In this document: one piece after another, positions 16,308-24,775 of the stretch
Layout: each line of letters opens with the position of its first letter
Numbering within the stretch: the stretch's first letter is position 1
UHGV virus genome: UHGV-0285350
Strand: one strand, 5' to 3'
Source of the DNA: a virus
DNA length: 44,975 nucleotides
Translations under genes and position numbers: made by a program
Notes under the pieces: generated by a model
What the model saw: the letters and a program-made list of their open reading frames with translations, nothing else
What the model was told of the DNA's origin: nothing
Database searches by the model: none

Positions 16308-17002
16308 GCATCAGAACCTACGCAGTGAATTGCAATGACGCATGGCTAAACACCGAAGGTGATGACATCTCCGGCTCATACGTTAAGTACAAAGACCATC
16401 AGGAAGTGGTTGCCGCTCTTGAGGCCAAGTGCGCGGCGCTGGCAGCGGAGAATGCAAGACTGAAGGCCGGGGCTATGTATTTCTCATATGGCTCTGAATT
16501 TAGTTTCGAGTGTCACAAAACTGCTGAGGAGGCTATCGCTGCTGCTGAGGCTGCAATTGACGACTATAGAGGCGATGCTTGCGATGGATGGAGCGAAGAG
16601 GTCGAAAGCATTTGCTGGGGGGTAATTATTCAGCAGGCAACCAAGGTCGGTGAACGCAAGAAGAGGAAATGCGACAGAGTATCACCATGGATTGAAAGAG
16701 TTTGTGATTATGAGCTTCGACCTAATGTCGAAACCCCAGCCACCGATGCTTTCCTTGCTGAAGTACGTGCTGAAGCACGCAACGAGGGGATTAACTATAC
16801 CGCCAGCCGTCTTGCTGCTGCGTTCAATCACGGATTTATCAATAAGTCTTTGCGTGAAGTTTTCGACGTTACACGCATGATTTTGTCAGCGAAAGAAGAG
16901 TTGGCTAATGAAGCGCATCCGATTGATGGCCTGTCTGGTGAATATGCGGAGAAATCCCTTGAAGAATGGGCGGAACAGATTCGCAAAGGAAGCAGCCAGT
17001 GA
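16304..17002 (+). CDS. hypothetical protein, paralogue B (with Cys-containing insertion)
   Basis: Same conserved blocks as 14641..15192 plus an about 60-aa insertion (CHKTAEEA...CDGWSEEVESICWG...KCDRVSPWIERVCD). Confidence 0.6.
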   Translation: MSIRTYAVNCNDAWLNTEGDDISGSYVKYKDHQEVVAALEAKCAALAAENARLKAGAMYFSYGSEFSFECHKTAEEAIAAAEAAIDDYRGDACDGWSEEVESICWGVIIQQATKVGERKKRKCDRVSPWIERVCDYELRPNVETPATDAFLAEVRAEARNEGINYTASRLAAAFNHGFINKSLREVFDVTRMILSAKEELANEAHPIDGLSGEYAEKSLEEWAEQIRKGSSQ

Positions 17003-17274
17003 ATATCGACACGACAATAACGATCGATACGCTCCTAAATACCGGTCTGGCACTTCTCGGTTGGCTTTACATCATGTCCCGTACCTGGCGATGGCTGGGT
17101 TCCATTTTCCTAAAAGAGTGGAAAAAACGGCGCAAACAGGAACTACGCCAGAAGGCATTAGAAGCGTTCTATGACGCATTTGAACTTAGCCGCATTGAAC
17201 CAGGCACAACAGCCAGAATAGCGACAAAAGGCGACCTGATGATAGTGATGTTCAGACAGGAGAAAACCAAATGA
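16999..17274 (+). CDS. small membrane protein (1 TM)
   Basis: GTGA overlap with upstream stop; hydrophobic LLNTGLALLGWLYIMS followed by basic stretch. Confidence 0.4.
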   Translation: MNIDTTITIDTLLNTGLALLGWLYIMSRTWRWLGSIFLKEWKKRRKQELRQKALEAFYDAFELSRIEPGTTARIATKGDLMIVMFRQEKTK

Positions 17275-17495
17275 CAGAACAGACGATGACAAATCGCGAA
17301 CTTGTTGATGCCGCGATTGAACTTGCTGGCGATTTTTATTCCATGATGGGGTACACGCATCGCCCAGGCTTCAAATATTGGGAGTCTCCGCACCCGCAAG
17401 AGCAACGGGTATTTCAAATGGCCTGCCGCGCTTTTGAAGTTATTCGCGGTTCTGATGTGATGGACGCGGTTGCTGATTTGGAGGATGAAGAGTGA
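17271..17495 (+). CDS. hypothetical protein
   Basis: 74-aa ORF translationally coupled to neighbours. Confidence 0.45.
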   Translation: MTEQTMTNRELVDAAIELAGDFYSMMGYTHRPGFKYWESPHPQEQRVFQMACRAFEVIRGSDVMDAVADLEDEE

Positions 17496-17803
17496 ACACA
17501 ATTAAAGAAATGCCGGTAGAACGTGATGAATATGGCTGCTGGACACATCCGGAGTATGAAAAGTTTTGCGCAGGTCGTGAATATATTTCTACTGAGGAAT
17601 TTGACGCCTGGATGAAGGAAAATAATCTTCAGTGGACTATTCGCAGTATGGATGAAGATGATTTTGATCTGGACGCAGCTGGTCCCGATATTGCCGCCTG
17701 GGAACCGGAGCGACCAGAGGGTGAAGGCTGGTTTGTTGGCTCTATTCATGACACTGAAGATGGTCCGGTTTGTATCTGGCTGCGTGAGAAGGTTGCCGCA
17801 TGA
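17492..17803 (+). CDS. hypothetical acidic protein
   Basis: 103-aa ORF translationally coupled to neighbours. Confidence 0.45.
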   Translation: MNTIKEMPVERDEYGCWTHPEYEKFCAGREYISTEEFDAWMKENNLQWTIRSMDEDDFDLDAAGPDIAAWEPERPEGEGWFVGSIHDTEDGPVCIWLREKVAA

Positions 17804-18492
17804 CCCAGGCTCTGCATGAAGTGAATTTATATAGCCGTATTGATGGTTCTGGCTATAGAAACATATGGGTTGTTGGTGATCTGCATGGTTGCTACACCAG
17901 ACTGATGTCCGAACTCCATCGTGTGGATTTTGACCCGGCGCAGGATTTACTGATATCGGTTGGCGACCTTATCGATCGCGGTACTGAAAATGTCGAATGT
18001 CTGGAACTATTGCAGATGCCCTGGTTCAGGGCAGTAATGGGGAACCATGAGCGGTTGATGCTTGATGCGTTAAGTCCTGATGGCAACGTGAATAACTGGC
18101 TAATGAATGGCGGACAATGGTTCTTCATGCTGGACACTGATCAGGAAATATTAGCCAAGGCGCTGGTGGAGCTGGTAAAGCGTCTGCCATATATCATTGA
18201 GTTGAACGCCGGGCATGAAACTATCGTTATAGCCCATGCCGACTATCCAGGTGGAGAGTACCAGTTCGGTAAGGATGTGTCGCTTTTTGATGTTGTCTGG
18301 TCGCGCAGTCGCGTCGGTGATTCGATAGATGGCATTGGTGGAGAAATCACAGGCGCAGATCGCTTTATCTTTGGGCACACACCGGTACGAAGACCAAAAG
18401 CATACTGGAATCAGCACTACATAGACACGGGCGCGGTTTTTTGCGGAAATCTGACGCTAATGCAGGTGAAGGGAGGGCAGCTTAAAGTCTGA
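17800..18492 (+). CDS. serine/threonine protein phosphatase (lambda-phosphatase-like metallophosphoesterase)
   Basis: Metallophosphatase motifs GDLHG, GDLIDRG, GNHE in canonical order. Confidence 0.85.
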   Translation: MTQALHEVNLYSRIDGSGYRNIWVVGDLHGCYTRLMSELHRVDFDPAQDLLISVGDLIDRGTENVECLELLQMPWFRAVMGNHERLMLDALSPDGNVNNWLMNGGQWFFMLDTDQEILAKALVELVKRLPYIIELNAGHETIVIAHADYPGGEYQFGKDVSLFDVVWSRSRVGDSIDGIGGEITGADRFIFGHTPVRRPKAYWNQHYIDTGAVFCGNLTLMQVKGGQLKV

Positions 18493-18518
18493 TCAAATCA
18501 TTTACGCACTCAAATCAC

Positions 18519-18546
18519 GTTAGAACATTGATTTTAGTTTTCTAAC
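18519..18546. promoter_or_regulatory. inverted repeat GTTAGAA-N14-TTCTAAC upstream of the 18590 operon; candidate operator
   Basis: Read from sequence; same motif family as 2897-2940 and 13522-13531. Confidence 0.35.
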
Positions 18547-18589
18547 ATATTATTTTACCGATCGGAACAAAACAGAGTCGGTATGCATT

Positions 18590-19585
18590 ATGAGTGCAAT
18601 AATCACCCCATATGTCGTAAATGAAACTGGTGTGGCTGTCTTTCCTGTAGATAAGCCCACCAGCAATTACATCGGCGCAGGACGCCGTTTTCTTATATCC
18701 CCATTGCCGCGTGAACAGGCTGAAAACACCCCTGATGGTGTCGTTGACCTGAATTATTCACTGGTTGCCAACCAGTCACTGGCACCCTTTTTTCAAAGTG
18801 AGCGTGTATTTAACGCGTTAGGTGGTGAGGATTCTCTCGTTCACTGGGTTAGCACCAACATTCACGATTGCCAGGCGCACGATAAGCGCGATTGCAGCCA
18901 CCAGCTAACCACTCATTTCTATAACGGCTCTGCCGTTCGCCTGTGCTGGAAGCATGATGCGGAATACATGATGAAGGGGTACAGCAAGCTGGACGACCAG
19001 TTATCCCTGAATCGTGCCAACTGGGTTATGAACTGGGCTGCGAGCGAGTTAAAACTACCGCCAGAACGCGATCTGAGCATGGTTGAACTCACTTTTTGGG
19101 CCATTCGCCGGAATCTGAAAGATGAGCTGCCAGATGAAGCCGGTCGCATTGCATTTTGTCAGCCAAAAACTGAAATCCCTACCGGTACGCTGAAAGAATC
19201 AGATATCACCTGGGAGCACAGTACCCGCGAGCTGGTGGACATAACCGCAGAGCAGATCGTCAACCTGTCTGTAGATGAGGATTCCGGCCTGCTTTATATG
19301 CGCCGACCAAAAGCGGTCCTCGGTAAAAGCCCGGCTTATCTCCGGTTTGTGGTTTCTCGTCCGTGCATCGGATGCGGTGGCAAAGTTAACCACCCGTTCA
19401 TGTACCGCGCCCGCTCGTTAAACGAACACGACCGCTGGGCTGTTCCTCTTTGCGATGACTGCGCCAGAAGCGCAGAAAACGATGTCCGGGCATGGGAAAA
19501 AGCACATGGCATACGCCTTTACGTAGCCGCTAACCAGCTTTTTGACTTCGCCATCGAGCGCGGAGTGATCACTTTCAATAACTGA
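18590..19585 (+). CDS. hypothetical protein with C-terminal HNH-like zinc-ribbon motif
   Basis: C-terminus RPCIGCGGKVNHPF...SLNEHDRWAVPLCDDCA fits CxxC-x5-H-x10-N-x2-H-x7-CxxC (HNH core); large N-terminal domain unassigned. Confidence 0.5.
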   Translation: MSAIITPYVVNETGVAVFPVDKPTSNYIGAGRRFLISPLPREQAENTPDGVVDLNYSLVANQSLAPFFQSERVFNALGGEDSLVHWVSTNIHDCQAHDKRDCSHQLTTHFYNGSAVRLCWKHDAEYMMKGYSKLDDQLSLNRANWVMNWAASELKLPPERDLSMVELTFWAIRRNLKDELPDEAGRIAFCQPKTEIPTGTLKESDITWEHSTRELVDITAEQIVNLSVDEDSGLLYMRRPKAVLGKSPAYLRFVVSRPCIGCGGKVNHPFMYRARSLNEHDRWAVPLCDDCARSAENDVRAWEKAHGIRLYVAANQLFDFAIERGVITFNN

Positions 19586-19589
19586 TGAG

Positions 19590-20282
19590 GTGGATCAAAA
19601 AATGAAAGAACGCGGGATGATTTTTAACGATGAGATGGTCAGGGCCATCCTCGAAGGAAGGAAGACGCAGACTCGCCGACCTGTAAAAAATGTCAGGGCC
19701 GATAACTGCCTGGTTATCCGTAAACCGACAAAGAAACGCAATGGTGTCTATACCCACGTTATGGATGCACCTGAACATGGTTTATGCCCGTTCGGTAACG
19801 TTGGTGATCGCATATGGGTCCGTGAGGCGTGGGCGATATTAGGCAATGAGGATGGTTGCAGTGTGGACTGGAACGACAACCTTTGTCGTGGCGATGAGAA
19901 GAACGCAGCAAGGATTTATCGGGCCAGTTGTGAGCAAAAGCCGGGTGATTACGGCTTGTGGTCGATACCCGATGATGCCGACTGGAAACCTCACACTGTG
20001 AATGAAAAATTTGATGGCGGGTGGTGTCCATCAATTCACATGCCGCGCTGGGCATCGCGCATTTTGCTGGAAATTACCGACGTGCGTGTGGAACGGCTGC
20101 GTGATATGAGCGAGGCAGATGCTAAAGCAGAAGGCGCATCTCCGGCGATGTACAAAATTACGCCGCCGGAAGCTGTTTATCGCGTTGGTTTTGGTGATAT
20201 CTGGCGCAGTATTTACGGGCAGGATAACTGGCTATCTAACCCGTGGGTATGGGTAATCGAGTTTAAGCGCGTTCAGGAATAA
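19590..20282 (+). CDS. ASCH/PUA-like domain protein (tentative) with Cys-containing insertion
   Basis: N-terminal MIFNDEMVRAILEGRKTQTRR resembles the ASCH GxKxxExR motif; C-terminal ...ILLEITDVRVERLRDMSEADAKAEG resembles the conserved ASCH C-terminal strand; assignment by motif recall only. Confidence 0.45.
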   Translation: MDQKMKERGMIFNDEMVRAILEGRKTQTRRPVKNVRADNCLVIRKPTKKRNGVYTHVMDAPEHGLCPFGNVGDRIWVREAWAILGNEDGCSVDWNDNLCRGDEKNAARIYRASCEQKPGDYGLWSIPDDADWKPHTVNEKFDGGWCPSIHMPRWASRILLEITDVRVERLRDMSEADAKAEGASPAMYKITPPEAVYRVGFGDIWRSIYGQDNWLSNPWVWVIEFKRVQE

Positions 20283-20285
20283 ACC

Positions 20286-21164
20286 GTGAGTATGCATCAA
20301 GTTGTCAGCTTTTCAGGTGGACGAACATCGGCTTATCTCGTTCATCTGATGGAAGCACAGCGAAAAGCTGGCGCTAGCGTCCATTTCATTTTTATGGATA
20401 CCGGCTGTGAACATCCTCTGACGTATCGCTTTATTCGTGAGGTTGTGAAGTTCTGGAACGTACCGCTAACGGTGTTGCAGGTCGATATAAATCCAGAACT
20501 TGGGCAGCCAAATGGTTATACGGAATGGGAACCAAAGGATATTCAGACGCGAATGCCGGTGCTTAAACCGTTTATGGACATGGTTAAAAAGTACGGTACG
20601 CCATACATCGGCGGCGCGTTCTGCACTGACAGATTAAAACTCACCCCCTTCACAAAATACTGCGATGACCATTTCGGACGAGGGAATTACATCACATGGC
20701 TGGGTATTCGTGCAGACGAACCTCGTAGGCTGAAACCAAAATCGGGCGTCCGGTATCTTGCCGAGCTATCTGATTTTGATAAGTCGGATGTTATCCGGTG
20801 GTGGCATAAACAACCTTTTGATTTGCAAATCCCGGAGCATCTCGGGAACTGTATTTTCTGCATCAAAAAGTCCACGCAAAAACTGGGGCTTGCATGTAAA
20901 GACGAACCTGGTCTGATGCGGGTTTTTAATGAACTGGTTACAGGCAAACACGTCAGGGATGGTCATCGCAGAACAGGTAAAGACGTTATGTACCGTGGTC
21001 ACCTGACGCTTGACGGGATTGCCAGAATGTATGCCGACAGCGACTACAGAAATTTGTATCAGGCGATGGTGCAGGCCAAGCGGTTTGATACTGGTTCGTG
21101 TTCCGAATCATGTGAAATCTGGGGTGACCAATTGGAGTTGAAATTCGAAGAGGTAGTGGTATGA
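20286..21164 (+). CDS. PAPS-reductase-family PP-loop protein with C-terminal Cys cluster
   Basis: VVSFSGGRTSAYL is the PP-loop (SGGxxS) of the PAPS reductase / adenine-nucleotide alpha-hydrolase family; cysteines GNCIFCIKK and CSESCEIW suggest a metal or Fe-S site. Confidence 0.75.
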   Translation: MSMHQVVSFSGGRTSAYLVHLMEAQRKAGASVHFIFMDTGCEHPLTYRFIREVVKFWNVPLTVLQVDINPELGQPNGYTEWEPKDIQTRMPVLKPFMDMVKKYGTPYIGGAFCTDRLKLTPFTKYCDDHFGRGNYITWLGIRADEPRRLKPKSGVRYLAELSDFDKSDVIRWWHKQPFDLQIPEHLGNCIFCIKKSTQKLGLACKDEPGLMRVFNELVTGKHVRDGHRRTGKDVMYRGHLTLDGIARMYADSDYRNLYQAMVQAKRFDTGSCSESCEIWGDQLELKFEEVVV

Positions 21165-21640
21165 CAAACAAAATTGACTATCAAAAACTTCGTGAAATCG
21201 CTGAAAAAACAAAAATTGCTGGTGAAGCACCTGTAATGCCTTTCGATCAGCGAATTAATGCGCTTAACGATTTTATGAAGCACTTTTCGCCAGATATCGC
21301 GTTGGCATTGTTGGATGAAGTTAAACGCCTAGAAGACACAAATATTGATTCTATATGCCGAATTGCAGAGATGGAGACGCGGGAAATAAAACCAGCAAAA
21401 GGCGAAGTTCTTGTCGTTGTATCTGGTTTTACTGGTTGCGGAAAAAGCGCCATTGCCGGGGAAATAGAAATCGCGATGAAGGCTATTGGTGTACCGGTTC
21501 AGTGGACTAATGGCGATGCAGAAAAGCGCATGACAGGAGCTGACTGGCTGACAGCAATTGAGATGTACAAACCAACAGTGCGCATCGTTGAAGTTAATGT
21601 GCCACGCGTCCCTGGCATTCGCATCAAAGGAGGTGAGTAA
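21161..21640 (+). CDS. hypothetical small P-loop protein
   Basis: VVVSGFTGCGKSAIA matches Walker A GxxxxGK[ST]; only 159 aa. Confidence 0.45.
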   Translation: MTNKIDYQKLREIAEKTKIAGEAPVMPFDQRINALNDFMKHFSPDIALALLDEVKRLEDTNIDSICRIAEMETREIKPAKGEVLVVVSGFTGCGKSAIAGEIEIAMKAIGVPVQWTNGDAEKRMTGADWLTAIEMYKPTVRIVEVNVPRVPGIRIKGGE

Positions 21641-21816
21641 TGCGTGTGGCATGTATCGGCTTGTTACCGTACCCGACTCGTTTTTGGGCTTCTGCGCTAA
21701 TTGCAAAGCCACATGTACTGATGGCTGACAACATCATCCCGGCACCAAATCGCCGCCATACCGGTATTGCAGCGGCACGACGTGCAGCAAAGAAACGCAG
21801 GAGAGCAAAGCGATGA
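21640..21816 (+). CDS. possible small Arg/Lys-rich protein (58 aa)
   Basis: ATG overlaps upstream stop (TAATG) and is preceded by AAAGGAGGTGA SD; stop overlaps next ATG; not in track (<60 aa). Confidence 0.45.
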   Translation: MRVACIGLLPYPTRFWASALIAKPHVLMADNIIPAPNRRHTGIAAARRAAKKRRRAKR

Positions 21817-21995
21817 AAAACCGTAAGGCAAAAATTCTGTTAGCTCGCAGAAACGGTGTTGGGGTCTGGCGATGGTTGAGGATTAGTAACAGACGAGTGA
21901 GGTTGACGGGGTGTTGCGGGGTGATGTTGCACAGCTGTTGCAAAAAGCCCAGCGCGGCGCAAAACCGCTGGAAGAATCACACTAACGCAAAGTAA
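21813..21995 (+). CDS. possible small Cys-rich basic protein (60 aa)
   Basis: ATGA overlap with upstream ORF; CCGVMLHSCC cluster. Confidence 0.35.
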   Translation: MKNRKAKILLARRNGVGVWRWLRISNRRVRLTGCCGVMLHSCCKKPSAAQNRWKNHTNAK

Positions 21996-22012
21996 TTAAA
22001 TAATAACCAATA

Positions 22013-22038
22013 ACAGACCAAAACATATGTTTTGGTCT
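22013..22038. promoter_or_regulatory. perfect 26-bp palindrome CAGACCAAAACAT|ATGTTTTGGTCTG, followed by a second CCAAAA-N6-TTTTGG repeat
   Basis: Read from sequence; exact dyad symmetry around AT|AT; sits between the early operon and the gemA region. Confidence 0.45.
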
Positions 22039-22062
22039 GCCAAAAGTAGTGTTTTGGTCATT

Positions 22063-22341
22063 ATGAAGATTGAACAAGTCGGAATGGCAGCTTTCAGGCA
22101 ACAGGCTGAAAGCGGTGGCGTGGATGAGTTCGTCGTGCAGCGGTTCGGTGGTGTGTATCACCTCTTCGCTGTGAATCGCCGCGCCGGGGTGTCCTATTTT
22201 CTACAGGAACGCCGTGGCGATTACAAGACGTGGCTGTCTCTTGACCGTGCCGCCGCGTTCCTGTCGGGGATTGGTGTTTCACGTTTTACCGTGCGTTTTG
22301 AGGATAACAAACATGCTGAAAAAGATGATCGGGGCCATTAA
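22063..22341 (+). CDS. hypothetical protein
   Basis: ORF in track (22027..22341); start ambiguous (ATG 22027 inside palindrome, or ATG 22063); no clear SD for either. Confidence 0.35.
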   Translation: MKIEQVGMAAFRQQAESGGVDEFVVQRFGGVYHLFAVNRRAGVSYFLQERRGDYKTWLSLDRAAAFLSGIGVSRFTVRFEDNKHAEKDDRGH

Positions 22342-22708
22342 AGCCGGTCAGGCATATCTGGGGTGGGATGATGCTCTTTATCGCCAGACACTGGTCCGCC
22401 TGACAGGTAAAACCAGCACCACACGCTGCAATCTCGATGAACTGCGCATCATCCGGGAATACATGCACGAACAGGGATTCCCGCGCAAGGCACCCGCTGG
22501 TAAAGGTCGCCGCCCTCGTGTTGCAATGAGCAGAAAATCAGTATTATCCAAAATTGAAGCGTTGCTGGCTGATGCCGGTCGTTCCTGGGCGTATGCAGAA
22601 GGACTGGCATCTCACATGTATAAGCAACATGTGATCGAATGGCTGACGGATGATCAACTGTTTGGGGTGATGGTGGCGCTGGTTAAAGATTCAAGGAGAC
22701 GTAAATGA
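22313..22708 (+). CDS. gemA: GemA-like protein (Mu gp16 / DUF1018 family)
   Basis: MLKKMIGAIKAGQAYLGWDDALYRQTLVRLTGKTSTTRCNLDELRIIREYMHEQGF matches the Mu GemA/gp16 pattern; ATG after GAGGA. Confidence 0.7.
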   Translation: MLKKMIGAIKAGQAYLGWDDALYRQTLVRLTGKTSTTRCNLDELRIIREYMHEQGFPRKAPAGKGRRPRVAMSRKSVLSKIEALLADAGRSWAYAEGLASHMYKQHVIEWLTDDQLFGVMVALVKDSRRRK

Positions 22709-23043
22709 AAAAACTGTTATTACTTATTCTGGCTTTATGTTTTACAGGGATATCCCATGCTTCTGATTCAGAGGAAGATTTGATCAAAAAAACATTACAG
22801 GGCGATTATCAGGCACAACGTAATCTGGCTTATTCATACATGAATGGCTGGGATGATATTTCAAAGGATACCATTAGAGGATGTGCTCTCAGGAAGGTTA
22901 TTCTCTTAACACAAGCCCAAGCTGACATTGGCGATTATGGAAATGAAGCCATAGATTGTCGAAAAGTGCATCCAACAGATAACCAGAAAGTATGGGAGTA
23001 TGTCAGAGGATACCTGGTGTTAATAAACGAGAATAAAAAATAA
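22705..23043 (+). CDS. hypothetical secreted protein (signal peptide), AT-rich moron-like gene
   Basis: MKKLLLLILALCFTGISHA signal peptide; local AT-richness; followed by strong terminator. Confidence 0.55.
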   Translation: MKKLLLLILALCFTGISHASDSEEDLIKKTLQGDYQAQRNLAYSYMNGWDDISKDTIRGCALRKVILLTQAQADIGDYGNEAIDCRKVHPTDNQKVWEYVRGYLVLINENKK

Positions 23044-23055
23044 TATGAACAAAAA

Positions 23056-23080
23056 CCTTCGCAAACGCGGAGGTTTTTTA
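23056..23080 (+). terminator. rho-independent terminator (ccttcgc-aaac-gcggagg then tttttt)
   Basis: Hairpin and U-run read from sequence immediately after stop of 22705..23043. Confidence 0.6.
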
Positions 23081-23084
23081 TGGT

Positions 23085-23113
23085 CTGTACAGGCGATCAT
23101 GTATGGCTATAAT
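23085..23113 (+). promoter_or_regulatory. candidate promoter for Mor/C-family gene (-10 TATAAT at 23108-23113; weak -35 CTGTAC)
   Basis: Consensus -10 hexamer about 30 nt upstream of the 23143 ATG; -35 is poor, compatible with an activator-dependent promoter. Confidence 0.35.
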
Positions 23114-23142
23114 AACAGTAAGTTACTACCGGAGACGCCATC

Positions 23143-23610
23143 ATGCAGACCTTCAGTGAAACAGATCTTCGCGATGCGCAGGCACTGCTGCCCGACTCCG
23201 TGCAGCAACTGATTAGCGTGATTGGCTTCCCCGCTCTGACCCGGTTGATTCGTTCTTTTGGTGGTGTGACGTTAAGTGGTAAAACCGGCGCACACGCCGA
23301 ACGCACCGGCGGTGTCCATGCCCTGTTACATGACGTGCTGACCGAAGACGAAATCAACAAACTGATCCGCTTTCTTGGCGGCGCACCGTTTTACATTCCC
23401 CGTTGCGATCATGCTTTACGTGCCCTGCGTAACACCCGTTTTATGGCTGATTTACAGCGGCATCTCAGGGACGGATTCTCACATCGGCAGGCGCTGGCAC
23501 AGCTTTGTCCCCGTTACGGGATTTCAGACCGGTACGCATGGCAACTGATACACCGACGACAAAAACAGACTTCGCTGAAAAGCCCCACCCAGGTGGGGCT
23601 TTTTGATTAA
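23143..23610 (+). CDS. Mor/C-family transcriptional activator of phage middle/late genes
   Basis: C-terminal HTH ...LAQLCPRYGISDRYAWQLIHRRQK typical of the Mu Mor/C family; cannot tell whether this is the Mor or the C equivalent. Confidence 0.7.
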   Translation: MQTFSETDLRDAQALLPDSVQQLISVIGFPALTRLIRSFGGVTLSGKTGAHAERTGGVHALLHDVLTEDEINKLIRFLGGAPFYIPRCDHALRALRNTRFMADLQRHLRDGFSHRQALAQLCPRYGISDRYAWQLIHRRQKQTSLKSPTQVGLFD

Positions 23611-23635
23611 TGGGCCTCAGAAAAAGGAGACACTT

Positions 23636-23914
23636 ATGACCAACTATACGGCACTTGGCGAGTATACAGCCTACTCAGAGCAGGCCAGGGATGCTGCCGG
23701 ACGCCGCTTCGCTTATATGAAAAATCTGGCCAGCCAGCTAAACCGAATGGCTGAACAACCGGATATGGTTGTTCAGGAAGAAGCGTTGCAGTGTGCCATT
23801 GCTGACATCATCGCCAGCGAAAACGAGATGCGCGCAGCGATGGAAAAGGCGAACGCCTCTGCTCCGCTTTGTAATAAACCTCTTATTACGCCGGATTCTC
23901 TTTCCCGCTTCTGA
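23636..23914 (+). CDS. hypothetical protein
   Basis: ORF in track (23603..23914); start placed at ATG (MTNYTALGEY...). Confidence 0.4.
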   Translation: MTNYTALGEYTAYSEQARDAAGRRFAYMKNLASQLNRMAEQPDMVVQEEALQCAIADIIASENEMRAAMEKANASAPLCNKPLITPDSLSRF

Positions 23915-24096
23915 TTTATCACCCCGCCGCCGCGGGGTGCTGAACTCCCCCAGCAGTACCCACCACACCAGACCGTTTACCCTGTCCACTCAGACCACAA
24001 GGCACCTTAAGGGATAGCGCCCTGCAAAAGGCTTATGTGCCTTTGACAGGGTGTTATTTACGGGCCGTCAGTGGCTCAGATTTACAGGAGAAACTC

Positions 24097-24489
24097 ATGT
24101 CTGAACCCTTATCAGGCGGCGGAGCTGTGGCAGTCACCATCGGTGGTGCCAGTGTGTTTGGCCTTCTCACCAATACCGATTTCGGGGTCGTGGTGGGCGC
24201 GTTTGCCGGGGCGCTTTTTGTTGTCACGCAGCAGAAAGAAATCCCGGTCTGGCGAATGGCTATCCACCTGCTCGTCGCGTTTGTGGTTGGCGTTCTGGGG
24301 GCTGGCGTGGCTGCGTCACTGATGCAGTGGCTGACCCACTACAACGACAAGCCACTCGATGCATTGTGTGCGGTCGGTGTCTCGGCGTTATCCATCAAGA
24401 TACTGACCTTTCTTTATCAACAGGAAATTTCATCGCTGTTCGGCCTGTTTTCCAGACTGCGCGGCGGAGGGGGTGGAAATGGAAAGTAG
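24097..24489 (+). CDS. holin-like membrane protein (3-4 TM, Gly-rich tail)
   Basis: ATG 7 nt after GGAG; hydrophobic segments; first gene of lysis cassette. Confidence 0.5.
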   Translation: MSEPLSGGGAVAVTIGGASVFGLLTNTDFGVVVGAFAGALFVVTQQKEIPVWRMAIHLLVAFVVGVLGAGVAASLMQWLTHYNDKPLDALCAVGVSALSIKILTFLYQQEISSLFGLFSRLRGGGGGNGK

Positions 24490-24775
24490 CCTTGCCGGTA
24501 TCGTGAACGTCTGGCTGTGTCTCGCCATTGTGCTGGGGTTGTTTGTGTATCGCCGCCACGGTGCGGCGCATGAGCCGATGATTACCTGGCTGGCGTACTG
24601 GCTGATGCTCGGCTACATCATCATCCCGTTCCGCTGGCTGTCCGGTACATACACGCACTCCAGCTGGCTGGTTGTGGCGCTGAATCTGGTTTTCTGTGCG
24701 CTTATCGTGTGGGCGCACGGGAATTTGTCAAAAATCCTTTCGTTACTGAGGCATCCACATGAAATCAAAAGATGA
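24479..24775 (+). CDS. lysis-associated membrane protein (holin/antiholin-like, 2-3 TM)
   Basis: ATG after GGAGGGGGTGG; hydrophobic segments; overlaps neighbours. Confidence 0.5.
   Translation: MESSLAGIVNVWLCLAIVLGLFVYRRHGAAHEPMITWLAYWLMLGYIIIPFRWLSGTYTHSSWLVVALNLVFCALIVWAHGNLSKILSLLRHPHEIKR

Noticed and set aside
423-22000. Mu-type transposase (A/B), integrase or cI-type repressor in the accessory region
   Set aside because: No ORF of suitable size shows DDE, tyrosine/serine recombinase or LexA-like peptidase motifs; absence is noted as a finding rather than a feature.
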